DNA from: Bugula neritina
Lineage: Eukaryota; Animalia; Bryozoa
Length of the DNA stretch: 64,000 nucleotides
Reading direction: 5' to 3'
Assembly: GCA_964035545.1 (NCBI GenBank)
Contig: OZ037772.1
Location: 11,592,818 to 11,656,817 of the forward strand
Each line of letters begins with the position of its first letter. Positions within the stretch are counted from its first letter, which is position 1. The notes under the pieces were generated by a model. That model was not told the origin of the DNA. It saw only the letters and a program-made list of their open reading frames with translations, and ran no database searches. Made by a program: the position numbers and the translations under genes. Positions 12,090-26,935 of the stretch are shown here, in pieces.

Positions 12090-13424
12090 TTCGCCAATCA
12101 ATTTCTGTTTCAAGAACTTGAACTTACACTGTATGAGCGTACATTATTTTTCTGAGGAGTACACAGAGTACCTAGCTGTTTGACCTTTGAACTATTTGCC
12201 ATGACTTAGTTTCTGTTTTTTTCCTGTACACGAATTCATTGACTGTAACTTGTCAGCTATAGTAAGTGACATGGAGGTGATAACTCCTAAGCAATACACG
12301 TATGCACCTACTATAACCTTCGAACTGTGATATAGTATGTAGGAAATACTTGAGCTGTAGTACAACTTTACTATAGCTGTATAGATCGTGTTTATTATGT
12401 ATTGCAAGTACTCTTATCAAGTTGATTGAAATGTAGTTTATTATATTGATATTTTTGTTCACGATGTTATTATTGCTCTGAAAATGCTTAATATATTGTA
12501 TATACATCTTTTATCTATTTATCATGCAAATTTGCCAGTTTTCACTTATAATATTTTATAATTATTTTTGACTCATAATATTGTGCTTAAGTTTCTTTTG
12601 ATGCTCAAAATATAATCGAGTTTTAATAATTGATTTGATTACTTGAAAGCTGCTTATCTTGTAACTCAACAATAATATCTTTTTCACAGTATTGTTATAA
12701 GCATCTTCCACAATAGATGACATCACTTACAATTATGATTAGCCTTCTATAAGCCTGAGTAAGCCACAAGGAAGTGCTACAAGTACATGTCTTTAATCTT
12801 TTTCTTGTTGCTAAACCTGTGTCTGCAGTCAACAGAAATAGATGAGTCATCGTTTGTTATCGCAGATACTGTGAATCACTTTGTTTACTGCTAAGAATTC
12901 CAACAGAACTATAATACTATAGGACTAAGCTATAGCATATTATATAAGATGTTGATTGGAACTTTAATTAGGCAATGAGATGCCTTCTTTGTGTAAATAT
13001 AAATAACCTTATGACAAAATTGGCTCTTTGACTGCCCATTTGCAGCTACTGGCTGTTCTAAAAGATCAAATAGGATTTCAAACATTCTACAATTTATTTG
13101 ACACAATATTGCTTCAACACTTGTTTAGTATTAATTTTTATAGTACATGCTATACAGAGCTATAAAATACATGCAATCTCATTTCTTCGAAAAAACTCTA
13201 AGCGAATTTAAGAGTTTGAGCCCTGTATAAATATTAAATATAATTCTATGAAATATGAAGTGTGGCTAGTTTTTAATAGAGCTTAATAATACTGATGAAT
13301 AAAAAATTAATTACTAGCGGAATTGAAAAGTGTGATTATTTTGGGAGTTGTATTCTCTATATTATAGCTGTTGGATTGTTTGCTAACTATTCAAATATTC
13401 ATTTTTCTACGCTAATGCTTTTGT

Positions 13425-15008
<1,584 letters not shown>

Positions 15009-15249
15009 GCTTTTGTTGGTTTCCTGTGCAACTCGAATGCTAAAACTAAAAGTAAAAGTAGATCAGTAAATAAAGTTAAGGTTGAGCAACTTGGTGTTGA
15101 TCAAGGAATTTCTGGCTCTCAAGTCACAACAAGTATTTGATTTATTGTGGCTCTCAATAATAATAAATGCATATATTATGTGTATTTTGAATAGTTGTGT
15201 TAACTTACAGTAACAGTTAATCATAAAGTCAATATTGATCATAAATTTA

Positions 15250-16080
15250 ATGATTATTGTTGTACTTACAGTTACTACTAGTACTTAGTACTTACAGTTA
15301 CTACTTACTACTTAGCCTTATAGGCAATGTTATAGCTATTGTTAATAACTTGATTATCATTATGATACTGATACCGACGGTTATGTTGATTATAATGATA
15401 ATGTAAAACAAAATCGATCATTTTGATTTTATACTAAAAATAAAAGTATAAGTAAATCTCATGCTGATAGTGATACTCATACTCATAGTCATACTCATAC
15501 TGATAGTGATACTGATACTGATTAAGATTTTGATATTTACTGATATTTGAAGTTAATCCTAATCTTATTTTTATACTTATAGTTGTACTGGCAACTTATA
15601 AGATTTAGTTTAACATTAAGTGAGGTTATACTTAGGCCTATACTTATAGCATAAGTTGAGTTATACGTATATTTATAGTTATACTATTAATGATAATAAG
15701 TCTAATACTAATAGTAATACTTTTACTACAACTTTTACTAATACTATTATACTGAGTTACTGTTGCTCAATTTTAGTGTCAAACTTCCAGTTACTGCCAT
15801 ATTGATATTAGTTATCACTATTAGTATTTGTAAATTTACTAATAGTAATAGCAATAGTAATACTTATAGTTATACTAATACTAATAGTAATACAATTACT
15901 AATACTTGATACTAATACTAATAGCAATACATGTACTTATACTTATAGTTATGCTTATAGTTATAGTTATACTAAGACTAAAGTTATGGTAGCACTAGTA
16001 GTGATACTAATAGTTAAGTAGTAGTCATACTAATAGTTAAATAGTGTCTGTAAGTTATTGTGTGACTGTAAGTAATACTA
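15250..16080. repeat. Degenerate low-complexity tri/hexanucleotide region (TACTAA/TAGTTA/TACTGA-like)
   Basis: Runs such as TACTAATAGTAATAC and GATACTCATACTCATAGTCATAC. Confidence 0.7.
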
Positions 16081-16136
16081 CACTTACATTACTATGTCTA
16101 TTGTCTATTACTGGAACTTATGTGTAGTCCATAGAC

Positions 16137-19100
16137 ATGCCCCGTCAACCCCAGAAATCCAGTAGCCGACTGGCTGCTAAGAGGAAACTTCAAAGCACTG
16201 AACTGGTTGATGCAAAGGAAGAGAAGCTTGAAACTAATTCATCTCAAATAAATGCAGAAGGTGCAAGTTGTCAGTATAATATGGTGAACTCATTGACTCT
16301 GGTATTCTGAACTTGAGTCATGGCATGTAGTGCAGAATTTTGTTTTCTATTTAATGCAACATATTTCAGTACCTATGGAAACAGTTTTAAAATATATTTT
16401 ATTTAATAGACTGTTTGGTTTCAAATCTAATTATAAAATTTGAGATTGGATGCATTTCTGTAAAAAAATATTTATTGAAACATTATTTTTAAGTTTTTGG
16501 TCTTTAGCTCAATGTATTGTTATGCATTAAGTAGATAGGCAAGGGCTCAGTATATGTTCCTTTTTCAAAATGCTTCTAATTTCAAATTTTGGTGCTTGAT
16601 TTTTTGCTAATTTTATTGTACATCAGATGAGGTTGTAGAAAAAGTACTAAAGATTTCACTCGGTCTTATTAGAATAAGTTATCATATTGTACCTCATCAT
16701 AGTGTCTGCTGTATTATAAGGAAAACAGAAGTATTTTATAAAATATTTAATAAATGTATCATATATAATAAATATATAATTTCTACTTCCATTGTGGATT
16801 ATTTGCGAGCCCATTACTATTTTTAGATGGCAATGATTCTAAAGACTGTAGCGTTGAGTCTCTGACAGCATTGCAGAAAGCCAAGATAGAAAATAACAGA
16901 CTGAAAGCATTGCAGTTGAGGAAAAGCAAGCAGGAGGCCGAAGAGCAGAAGGCAGCGTGGGTTACGAATACATATATACTATATATACTAGTTATTACTA
17001 ATACATATATACTATATATACTAGTTATTACTAATACATATACTATATATACTAGTTATTACTAATACATATATACTATATATACTAGTTATTACTAATA
17101 CATATACTATATATACTAGTTATTACTAATACATATACTATATATACTAGTTATTACTAATACATATACTATATATACTAGTTATTACTAATACATATAT
17201 ACTATATATACTAGTTATTACTAATACATATACTATATATACTAGTTATTACTAATACATATATACTATATATATTAGTTATTACTAATATATATATACT
17301 ATATATACTAGTTATTCTCAGGAACTACAAGAAGATAAAGCAGTCTGTAGCAGTAGAAGTTGATACTGGTGCCGGCTTCTTTATAGATGACGATGCAACT
17401 GAGAAAACAGACGACCTTGACATATCCGACTTAATAACAGACGGTAAGCGTGTGCTTGTCATTGGTTTTAGACTTCACACTAGAAATGATGTTTTCGGAC
17501 AGTTTGTCTATAATTTACAAGTCTTTCACACTGCAAATCCATGCATTCACTCCAGCCTTTATATGATATTATAATGCATAATAGATTAGGTAATATTTTT
17601 TGTATTTTAATATTCTATAATACATGAGGTTTTATGTACTTCAATATATTATTGTAAGTTAGTTAAATAATGGTTATAATACATGATAATAGAATATTAT
17701 AATAATATAATGTATTTTATCCAAACATATTATTGTATGCTGTTCGGGAAGATAATTCCTACTAGTTTCATTCACTCATTTAGTTGCTAGGTAGCAACTT
17801 AACAAATGAAAATGTATCGTTATTCAGTCATCCTGGTTGTGTATTGGTAGAGCCGTTTGTTATTGCCGGCGACGGACAAGATGTGGAGTGTGTAGAGTGT
17901 TGCCGACCTTTCACCTTGTCCTTTCTGAGGTCAAAGTTTAAGGTCAACGTTTGCGATGATTGCCACGATCGAGAAACTCATCGACTCATCACCAGAACCA
18001 CAGCTAAGACTAGGTACCTCCTCAAAGGTGAGCTGAGAAGACACGCTAAGTGGAAGTTGTCTTATCACATAGGGCATTGTTTCGTGTTACATAGCCCGTG
18101 ATTCTGTTAAGGCAGAGGTTATAAACAAACTGGTTCTGTTGTAATGCATAGAAATCTATAAACGTTTGAATAATAGAAAATCTGTGATACCTCGTGGGTG
18201 ATTGGGTAGCTGTAATTGGTACTCCGTAGATTTTAGGGTTGAAAGTTGGCATCTCTCTGTGTTAAACTGCTAGTAGACGAACCGTCTTAGTATTGAGATT
18301 AACTACATTATAAACACAGACTAATGCATGCAGTTTTGGCTGTGCATATCCACACAACTTCTGACTCTTTATTTACCTGTAGACAGTGATTTAGACAAAC
18401 GAGAGCCGATTCTACAGTTTGTTACTAAGAAGAACCCGAGGAATAACTACTGGGGAGAAATGAAACTCTACCTCGAATCACAGGTGAGTAAAAGGTAGTC
18501 TGAGTTGGTCAACTCTGTAGTCTGAGTCAGTTAGCTATGTAGTCTGAGTCAGGTATGATAGTTTTGTAGTATCAGTCAGTAAGTTAGATAGTTGTGTAGT
18601 GTGGTGATAGTTGTAACTAGTGAGTCATAATATACATTCTTCAGTAGGTCAGCATTGTAAACTAGGTCAGCATTGTAAACTAGGTCAGCATTGTAAACTA
18701 GGTCAGCATTGTAAACTAGGTCAGCATTGTAAACCAGATCAGCATTGTAAACTAGGTCATATTTTATTGGGTCATAACAGTCAGCTGGGTAGACAAAGCT
18801 CATAATTGGCCCTCTGGGGCTCAAATGTAAATAAGGTTACTGCCTTGCATGTAGATGCATTGCTTATTCCAGGTATGCTATAATCAGCTTCACTGTTTTA
18901 ACAGTAACTTTCTAGTTTCTGTATTTGTAAGTTTGAGTGTAGATTTAGTTGTAAGATATACTCTACACTGTGTTGTACATATACTACACTGTGTTGTACA
19001 TATACTACACTGTGTTGCACATATACTACACTGTGTTATACATATACTACACTGTGTTGCACATATACTACACTGTGTTGTACATATACTACACTGTGTT

Positions 19101-19657
19101 GTACATATACTACACTGTGTTGTACATATACTACACTGTGCTGTACATATACTACACTATACCTTGTAGTGTCACGACAGGGCCATGGAAATCTGGGGCT
19201 CTATGGAGAACATCGAAGAAGAGGCTACAAAGCGGAAGATATTGAGTGCTAAATCCAAGGCTAAGAAATACGATAAAAAGATGAATGGTGAGATAATATG
19301 CTTTGTACTACGTTAGCTGCTTACATCACCCTGTCTTGAGTTGGTCTATAAGCAGCTCGGAGTTGGGGCTTAATGAGTGCAGTAGTTTGTGTTTGCAACT
19401 TTAGAATTGGGGGGTTTCACTGATGAAAAAATGTTGAGCTTTGCACATTTCACTTGGCATATCTAACTTCCTGTTTGATTGTAAATTCCCGCCTTTATTT
19501 GCCAGAATTGAAAAAGGAAGTGAGGAGCAGTTTGTACAAAGTGGAGTTGTCAGGGCACACCCACCAGTATTCCGAGGAGACGTACAACGAGGAGACAGAC
19601 GAATACTCTAAGTCGTGTATCACATGTAACCACACTCTTACGTATGAGAAGATGTAG
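16137..19657 (+). CDS. XPA: DNA repair protein XPA (nucleotide excision repair)
   Basis: Exons 16137-16260, 16827-16956, 17322-17443, 17851-18027, 18383-18483, 19170-19287 and 19506-19657 join in frame. Motifs: [20 protein letters not shown]1-binding-like DTGAGFFI, C4 zinc finger CVEC...[38 protein letters not shown] and C-terminal [13 protein letters not shown]. The first exon is the least certain. Confidence 0.93.
16963..17315. repeat. 31-33 bp minisatellite filling XPA intron 2
   Basis: About 11 copies of ATACATA(TA)TACTATATATACTAGTTATTACTA. Confidence 0.9.
18645..18760. repeat. 18-bp minisatellite in an XPA intron
   Basis: TAGGTCAGCATTGTAAAC, about 6 copies. Confidence 0.9.
18965..19160. 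repeat. 21-bp minisatellite in an XPA intron, abutting the acceptor
   Basis: TACACTGTGTTGTACATATAC, about 9 copies. Confidence 0.9.
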
Positions 19658-20069
19658 TCTCTCCCTGCAGCTGCTCTCTCTAGGACTATCCTCTTGTACA
19701 TTAGTGTGGGAGTTGTACGCTCTCTCTAATCTTGCTGCCAGGTGAATGCGTAAAGCGCTGTCATGTTGCCATAGCAGAGTTTTTGGGTTTCTCAGCTAGT
19801 GAATTACACATTATAATTTTGTATAAACCTACTCTCAGATATGAGAGAATAACTCCGACACCTGCCTAAAGTTGATGTATATTTTCTAATGAATCTTGTA
19901 AAATCTTAACTTTTTGTATATTTTTGTACATTATTTTTGTTATTGCTGATATATAGCCCTGATGGGTTTTATAAAATGTGAAATATAATGAGTTTTCTGT
20001 AACAAATTATGAATGTGTTATTTTGCTTACTGAGAATACAGAGCTAAACAACTGTCCAATGAGCTCTTG

Positions 20070-20250
20070 TGACACATACTGACACATACTGTCACATACT
20101 GACACATACCAACACACACTGACACATACTGACATATACTGACACACATACTGACACATATACTGACACACATACTGACATATACTGACACACATACTGA
20201 CACACATACTGACACATACTGACACATGCCAACACATACTGACACATACT
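20070..20250. repeat. 10-12 bp minisatellite GACACATACT
   Basis: Tandem GACA(CA)CATACT copies. Confidence 0.9.
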
Positions 20251-20543
20251 GCATAGTGCTACGACGCATAGTATAGTCTGCGTCTCTTATATCTTGAAAC
20301 AACAGTGTCTAGTGCTAACGATGTGGTTTGCTGCTTGCTAGCTGGTAACATTATTCTGAAATATACGTGTGAAATGTAATTGAAATGATTTGGGAAAGTC
20401 CCAATTTTACACTTATTGCCCACCAAGCTGGTTCAAAAATATGGCTAAGATTACAAAGTAACTCTGAGTAACATTATAAGCAAAGCAAGTGAGTTTATGA
20501 TATTGTTATTCTAAACACAGGTTAGCAGCTTCATCGGCACCCG

Positions 20544-20591
20544 TAGTTAGTAGTTAGTAGTTAGTAGTTAGTAGTTAGTAGTTAGTAGTTA
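20544..20591. repeat. (TAGTTAG)n heptamer repeat
   Basis: About 6-7 perfect copies. Confidence 0.85.
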
Positions 20592-22779
20592 CAAATTGAA
20601 GTGTGTGAAGTTTAATATAGATATATTTATGAAACTATATGCCTTATAAAACTTTCATGATTTTAATCATAAATTAAAGCTTTTAAAATTGTTTTTTCTA
20701 AAATATAGGCTGCAGTTTGTGAATAATATTTGGCTAGCTTATATTGTATGCACAAATATTAAAGTTTCACATCATCCAAACTCAGAAAAATAGTTGGTGA
20801 ATTAACCATAGTAAAACTTTTGTAATTTTAGGGCTATAATTTTAGATCTTCAAATTGCACTAGAGAGCCGGGTTGTCATTGCATAGCAACAAACTACACT
20901 ACAGCAATAAATATTAAGTTATGTTTTAACAGACTTCTTGCAGCCTGCATTGCTTTTAATTTAAATAACAGTAACATAAATTGCAATATAAAACCTGAAG
21001 TTAACAATTAGGGTTTATCTCCCCTAGCATGTAGTATAAATCTTTGCATTGAATTGCATTGCAATTAATAGAAACAGAACGAACAGAACACAGAATGTGC
21101 TACATCAGCAGTATTAAACTTATTAAATTTACTTTTTGGTATTATTGAAGCCACAAAAGTAATAAAGCCTACATAAATGGCCTTAAACTGCAGTCATTTA
21201 CAGCACAAACATTGCTGCTAACACCCAAACTCTAACAGGGGGAATCAAATGTAATTTAATGATGCATAAAAAAGGTTTTATTTCAATTTCTATTATATAG
21301 ATATCTCAAGCTATTAGTTTGCTATAATAATGTTTTATTCAAAGTTTGAGGATATATAACAACCGAGTAGATGTTCTTTTTGCTTTCAGCTTTCAAATAT
21401 AGACAAGACTCTCTTCATATCAATGTATTAATTTTTTAGTTACTCTGGAAAAGCAGATAGCAGAAATATTAGATGCAAGTCTATTTCTTTAAAAGGAACA
21501 GATATAGAAGTTGGATTGTCTAAGAGAGATTTCCATCTGAACAAGAGCATTTGATTCTTCTCAGACAGCTCACAGATTAAAAATTAGCTCAATGAATTTG
21601 ACGTATTCACTGTGGTTGATTTGCCAGCTTACGTTTTTCTTGTTTATAAATTAATGTATAATCAAAAATTTGAAAATTTAGGGTTCATCTCCACATACAT
21701 TTATTTAAATTTTATGGTATTTTAAAAAATAAATGTAATAAACAACAAAACCAATATTTAAAGCATTATTTAGAGTTTAAACATTAATTTAATAATTTTC
21801 AAATTAAAATACTTTTTACACACCGCGAGTTTGAAATTTACACACCTGAAATTGTATTTTATTGATTTGAGTAGAGACGTGTGAAAACGTATAATGATCA
21901 GCATGTAACTTTACTGGCACATATCTTCTACAGTTAATCTTCGTTGGTATTCCTGTTGTACAGTAGCAAGGGGTGGGTAACCAGCCGGAGTTGATCGAAA
22001 ATTGCTTCAGCAACTGTGGGGACCCGGCAGAGTTGTGTGGCAGAATAGCCCTAAAGGCAATTGATGTGCAGTAGTTACAGTTATCAAGCTTAAGCATAAT
22101 AAGTTTTGCTGCACTCATTCACCTTCAGCAGGGTGCTGCTTGTAGAGCAATCCTGCAACAACGATCAAGGTCTGAAATATGCTAGTACAATATTTCACTC
22201 ACTGTCTAACATTTCCACTTTGTCCTTCCAATCTCAGCAGCCAACAATTTAGTAAAATTATTTTTGTTCAGTAGCTTCCTGAATTATTTTACAGCCCGGA
22301 GTTGTGCCTTCGTGCAGGGACAATTCTACAAAACGCTCTAAAATATTGAAAAAAATTACACAAAAAGGCACCTACTGCCATCCTAGTGCACCAGAATAGA
22401 CCAAAATACACAAAACCTGCATAAAACTTAGAAAAATTGCATAAAAATGGTCCTTCCTGCCATCCAGTGGCTTCAGGATGAAGCCTAAATGCATAGAAAT
22501 AGTGAAAACCTTCACTCAGCACCAATAAAACTGTGAAAACACCAAAAAATGAAGCATTCTTGAGACTCAGTACACCAAATTGAAACCACCAAAGCCTGCC
22601 CTGAGTTGAAACGGAAAAGAACTAGCAAAATCACTTTTTGTAGCGCTGCAAATGTGGTTCTATGACCAAACCTTATCTATGGCTTCTCGGTGCCATTGTT
22701 ACGACAGAAGTGGTGTTAGGAGAGTATGCAGATGCTCTACAATCAATGTATCCTGAAACAGTGCACGGAGGGAAAAACT

Positions 22780-25760
22780 ATTTTTATGCAATGTTTTTTC
22801 ATTTTTATGAGAATTTTCTGATTTTCATGTGATTTTTCTCATTTTTATGCAAGATCTTTGCTGGTTTGAATCAGGGTTTTTGCTAGTTTTTATGCAGAAT
22901 TTTTGTTGGGTTTTATACGTAATTTTTTCTGTTTTTTTGCAGGATTTTTTGTATTTTTATGCAAAATCATTGCTTGTTTTTATGCTGGTTTTTATGCCAG
23001 TTTGAAACTAAATTTTTGCTAGTTTTTATGCAAGATTTTTGCTAGTTTTTATGCTTGTTTTTATACCAGTTTGAAGTTAAATTTCTGCTAGTTTTTATGC
23101 AAAATTTTTGCTAGTTTTTATTCTTGTTTTTATGCCAGTTTAAAGCTAAATTTTTGCTAGTTATTATGCAAGATTTTTGCTTGTTTTTATGCTTGTTTTT
23201 ATGCCAGTTTAAAGCTAAATTTTTGCTAGTTTTCATGCAAAATTTTTGCTAGTTTTTATTCTTGTTTTTATGCCAGTTTAAAGCTAAATTTTTGCTAGTT
23301 ATTATGCAAGATTTTTGCTAGTTTTTATGCTTGTTTTTATGCCAGTTTAAAGCTAAATTTTTGCTAATTTTCATGCAAGATTTTTGCTAGTTTTTATGCT
23401 TGTTTTTATGCCAGTTTAAAGCTAAATTTTTGCTAGTTTTCATGCAAGATTTTTGCTGGTTTTTTTGCTTGTTTTTATGCCAGTTTAAAGCTAAATTTTT
23501 GCTAGATTTTATGCAAAATTTTGTTAGTTTTTATGCTTGTTTTCATGCTGGTTTAAAGCTAAATCTTTGCTCGTTTTCATGCAAGATTTTGCTAGTTTTT
23601 ATGCTCGTTTTTATGCGAGTTTAAAGCTAAATTTTTGCTAATTTTCATGCAAGATTTTTGCTGGTTTTTATGCTTGTTTTTATGCCAGTTTAAAGCTAAA
23701 TTTGTTGCTAGTTTTTATGCTTGTTTTTATGCCAGTTTAAAGCTAAATTTTTGCTAGTTTTTATGCTTGTTTTTATGCCAGTTTAAAGCTGAATTTTTGC
23801 TAGTTTTTATGCAACATTTTTGTTAGTTTTTATGCTTGTTTTTATGCCAGTTTGATGCTAAATTTTTGCTAGTTGTTATGCTTGTTTTTATGCCAGTTTA
23901 AAGCTAAATTTTTGCTAGATTTTATGCAAAATATTTGTTAGTTTTTATGCTCGTTTTTATGCCAGTTTAAAGCTAAATTTTTGCTAGTTTTCATGCAAGA
24001 TTTTTGCTGGTTTTTATGCTTGTTTTTATGCCAGTTTAAAGCTAAATTTTTGCTAGTTTTCATGCAAGATTTTTGCTGGTTTTTATGCTTGTTTTTATGC
24101 TCGTTTTTATGCTCGTTTTTATGCCAGTTTAAAGCTAAATTTTTGCTAGTTTTCATGCAAGATTTTTGCTGGTTTTTATGCTTGTTTTTATGCCAGTTTA
24201 AAGCTAAATTTTTGCCAGTTTTTATGCAAGATTTTTGCTTGTTTTTATGCTTGTTTTTATGCCAGTTTAAAGCTAAATTTTTGCTAGTTTTTATGCTTGT
24301 TTTTATGCCAGTTTAAAACTAAATTTTTGCTAGTTTTCATTCTTGTTTTTATGCCAGTTTAAAGCTAAATTTTTGCCAGTTTTCATGCAAGATTTTTGCT
24401 TGTTTTTATGCTTGTTTTTATACCAGTTTAAAGCTAAATTTTTGCTAGATTTTATGCAAAATTTTTGTTAGTTTTTATGCTTGTTTTCATGCTGGTTTAA
24501 AGCTAAATCTTTGCTAGTTTTCATGCAAGATTTTTGCTAGTTTTTATGCTCGTTTTTATGTCAGTTTAAAGCTAAATTTTTGCTAGTTATTATGCAAGAT
24601 TTTTGCTGGTTTTTATGCTTGTTTTTATGCCAGTTTAAAGCTAAATTTTTGCCAGTTTTCATGCAAGATTTTTGCTTGTTTTTATGCTTGTTTTTATGCC
24701 AGTTTAAAGCTAAATTTTTGCTAGTTTTTATGCTTGTTTTTATGCCAGTTTAAAGCTAAATTTTTGCTAGTTTTTATGCTTGTTTTTATGCCAGTTTAAA
24801 GCTAAATTTTTGCTAGTTTTCATGCAAGATTTTTGCTGGTTTTTATGCTTGTTTTTATGCCAGTTTAAAGCTAAATTGTTGCTAGATTTTATGCAAAATT
24901 TTTGTTAGTTTTTATGCTTGTTTTCATGCTGGTTTAAAGCTAAATCTTTGCTAGTTTTCATGCAAGATTTTTGCTAGTTTTTATGCTCGTTTTTATGCCA
25001 GTTTAAAGCTAAATTTTTGCTAGTTTTCATGCAAGATTTTTGCTGGTTTTTATGCTTGTTTTTATGTCAGTTTAAAGCTAAATTTTTGCTAGTTATTATG
25101 CAAGATTTTTGCTAGTTTTTATGCTTGTTTTTATGCCAGTTTAAAGCTAAATTTTTGCTAGTTTTTATGCTTGTTTTTATGCCAGTTTAAAGCTAAATTT
25201 TTGCTAGTTTTCATGCAAGATTTTTGCTAGTTTTATGCTTGTTTTTATGCCAGTTTAAAGCTAAATTTTTGCTCGTTTTCATGCAAGATTTTTGCTAGTT
25301 TTTATGCTTGTTTTTATGCCAGTTTAAAGCTAAATTTTTGCTGGTTTTTATGCTAGTTTTTATGCTGGTTCTATGTTGAAGTTTTTTTTAGTTTTTATAC
25401 AGAGTTGTTGCTGGTTTTTATACATAATTTTTTCGTTTTCTTTGCAAGGTCCTTTTTTGGTTTTTATGCTAGATTTTTGCTATTTTTATGGTAAAACTTT
25501 GCTAGTTTTTATGCTGGTTTCACGTTAAAATTTTGCTGGTTGTTATGCAAAATTTTTTGTTGGTTTTATGTTGAAATCTTGCTGGTTTTTATGCAAGCTT
25601 CCTGTTAATTTTTATGCTGGAGTTTTACTGGTTTTTATACAAAATGTTTTTTGTTTTTTTCACAAATTTTTTTTCATTTTTGTCCAGGATTTTTGCTGGT
25701 TTTAATGTTGGATTTTTGCTGGTTTTTATGCAAGATTATTTTAAATCTTATGCAGAATAT
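22780..25760. repeat. ~3 kb satellite with 46/69-bp units built from ~23-bp monomers
   Basis: Core TTTTTATGCCAGTTTAAAGCTAAATTTTTGCTAGTTTT(CATGCAAGATTTTTGCTGGTTTT)TATGCTTG; homogeneous from ~22980 to ~25360 with degenerate edges. Confidence 0.92.
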
Positions 25761-25764
25761 ATAA

Positions 25765-25952
<188 letters not shown>

Positions 25953-26704
25953 TGAAGCCTGGAGCCTGGCAAATTTTTCTTTGCAATTTTATTTGCTTGG
26001 AACGTCACCTTTGTATATCTTTTATCATAAATATAATAGAATTTAAAAATCCATAAACAAAAATTCTTGATATAATGTACTTAACAAAAACGTTCATTTA
26101 CAGTTAGTATAAAACCATGGTTAAACAGTAATCATAGGCTGAAGAAGTTATTGATTGTGTAATATCAGCCTGGCAGCATTCCTATAGTGTTGCCAGAATA
26201 GTCTCCAGTTTATTGCAAGCCAATATGACTCCATTCCTGTTGGAAACGTAGTGAGAGACAGTAGTCCCCATGACTCTATAGTTTGAGACTAACAGCTCGG
26301 TATTGTTGCAGTTTAAGAGAAACTCTGTGTCAAAATATCTGCTTCTGCATGCTCATGTCAAACTAGGCACGCCGTAGCACTTGATAGGGTCAAGAATGTG
26401 ACATTTTGATGTTGATCTGATTGGCTGGCACTGTGGTCTTGCACCATCACCTGGTCTGTAGCACTTGACAGCTGGAGTCAAGAATTTGATATATTGACTG
26501 ACGAATGAATCGGCTCTGTTGAGTTGGCACTGAAAGTGATGTCCTACACCTGAATGAAGCTGTGCTGACCAGCAGCGAGACAGGAATAGATGGATACTGT
26601 GAGGGCTTCTACAAACAGAATAATATATTATTTTTAATTTATGGGACAATTATATTACAAACCAGCATTATCATCTTTATTCACTCCCTAGAGTTAGTTC
26701 CAAT

Positions 26705-26935
26705 GCCTTTGACCTAATAGCAGAGTAGAGCTGACACCCCTTTGAACTAATAGCAGAGTAGAGCTGACACGCCTTTGACCTAATAGCAGAGTAGAGCTGA
26801 CACCCCTTTGACCTAATAGCAGAGTAGAGCTGACACCCCTTTGACCTAATAGCAGAGTAGAGCTGACACGCCTTTGACCTAATAGCAGAGTAGAGCTGAC
26901 ACGCCTTTGACCTAATAGCAGAGTAGAGCTGACAC
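26705..26935. repeat. 33-bp minisatellite, 7 copies
   Basis: CCTTTGACCTAATAGCAGAGTAGAGCTGACAC(G/C) in direct tandem with no spacers. Confidence 0.92.

Noticed and set aside
18576-20302. Repetitive ORFs ([17 protein letters not shown], etc.)
   Set aside because: Translations of intronic or downstream minisatellites.
26353-26355. In-frame TGA as selenocysteine
   Set aside because: No recognisable selenoprotein fold or SECIS, and a further TAG follows in frame.
26705-26935. 33-bp repeat resembling a CRISPR repeat in length
   Set aside because: Units are directly tandem with no unique spacers, the context is eukaryotic and there are no cas genes.
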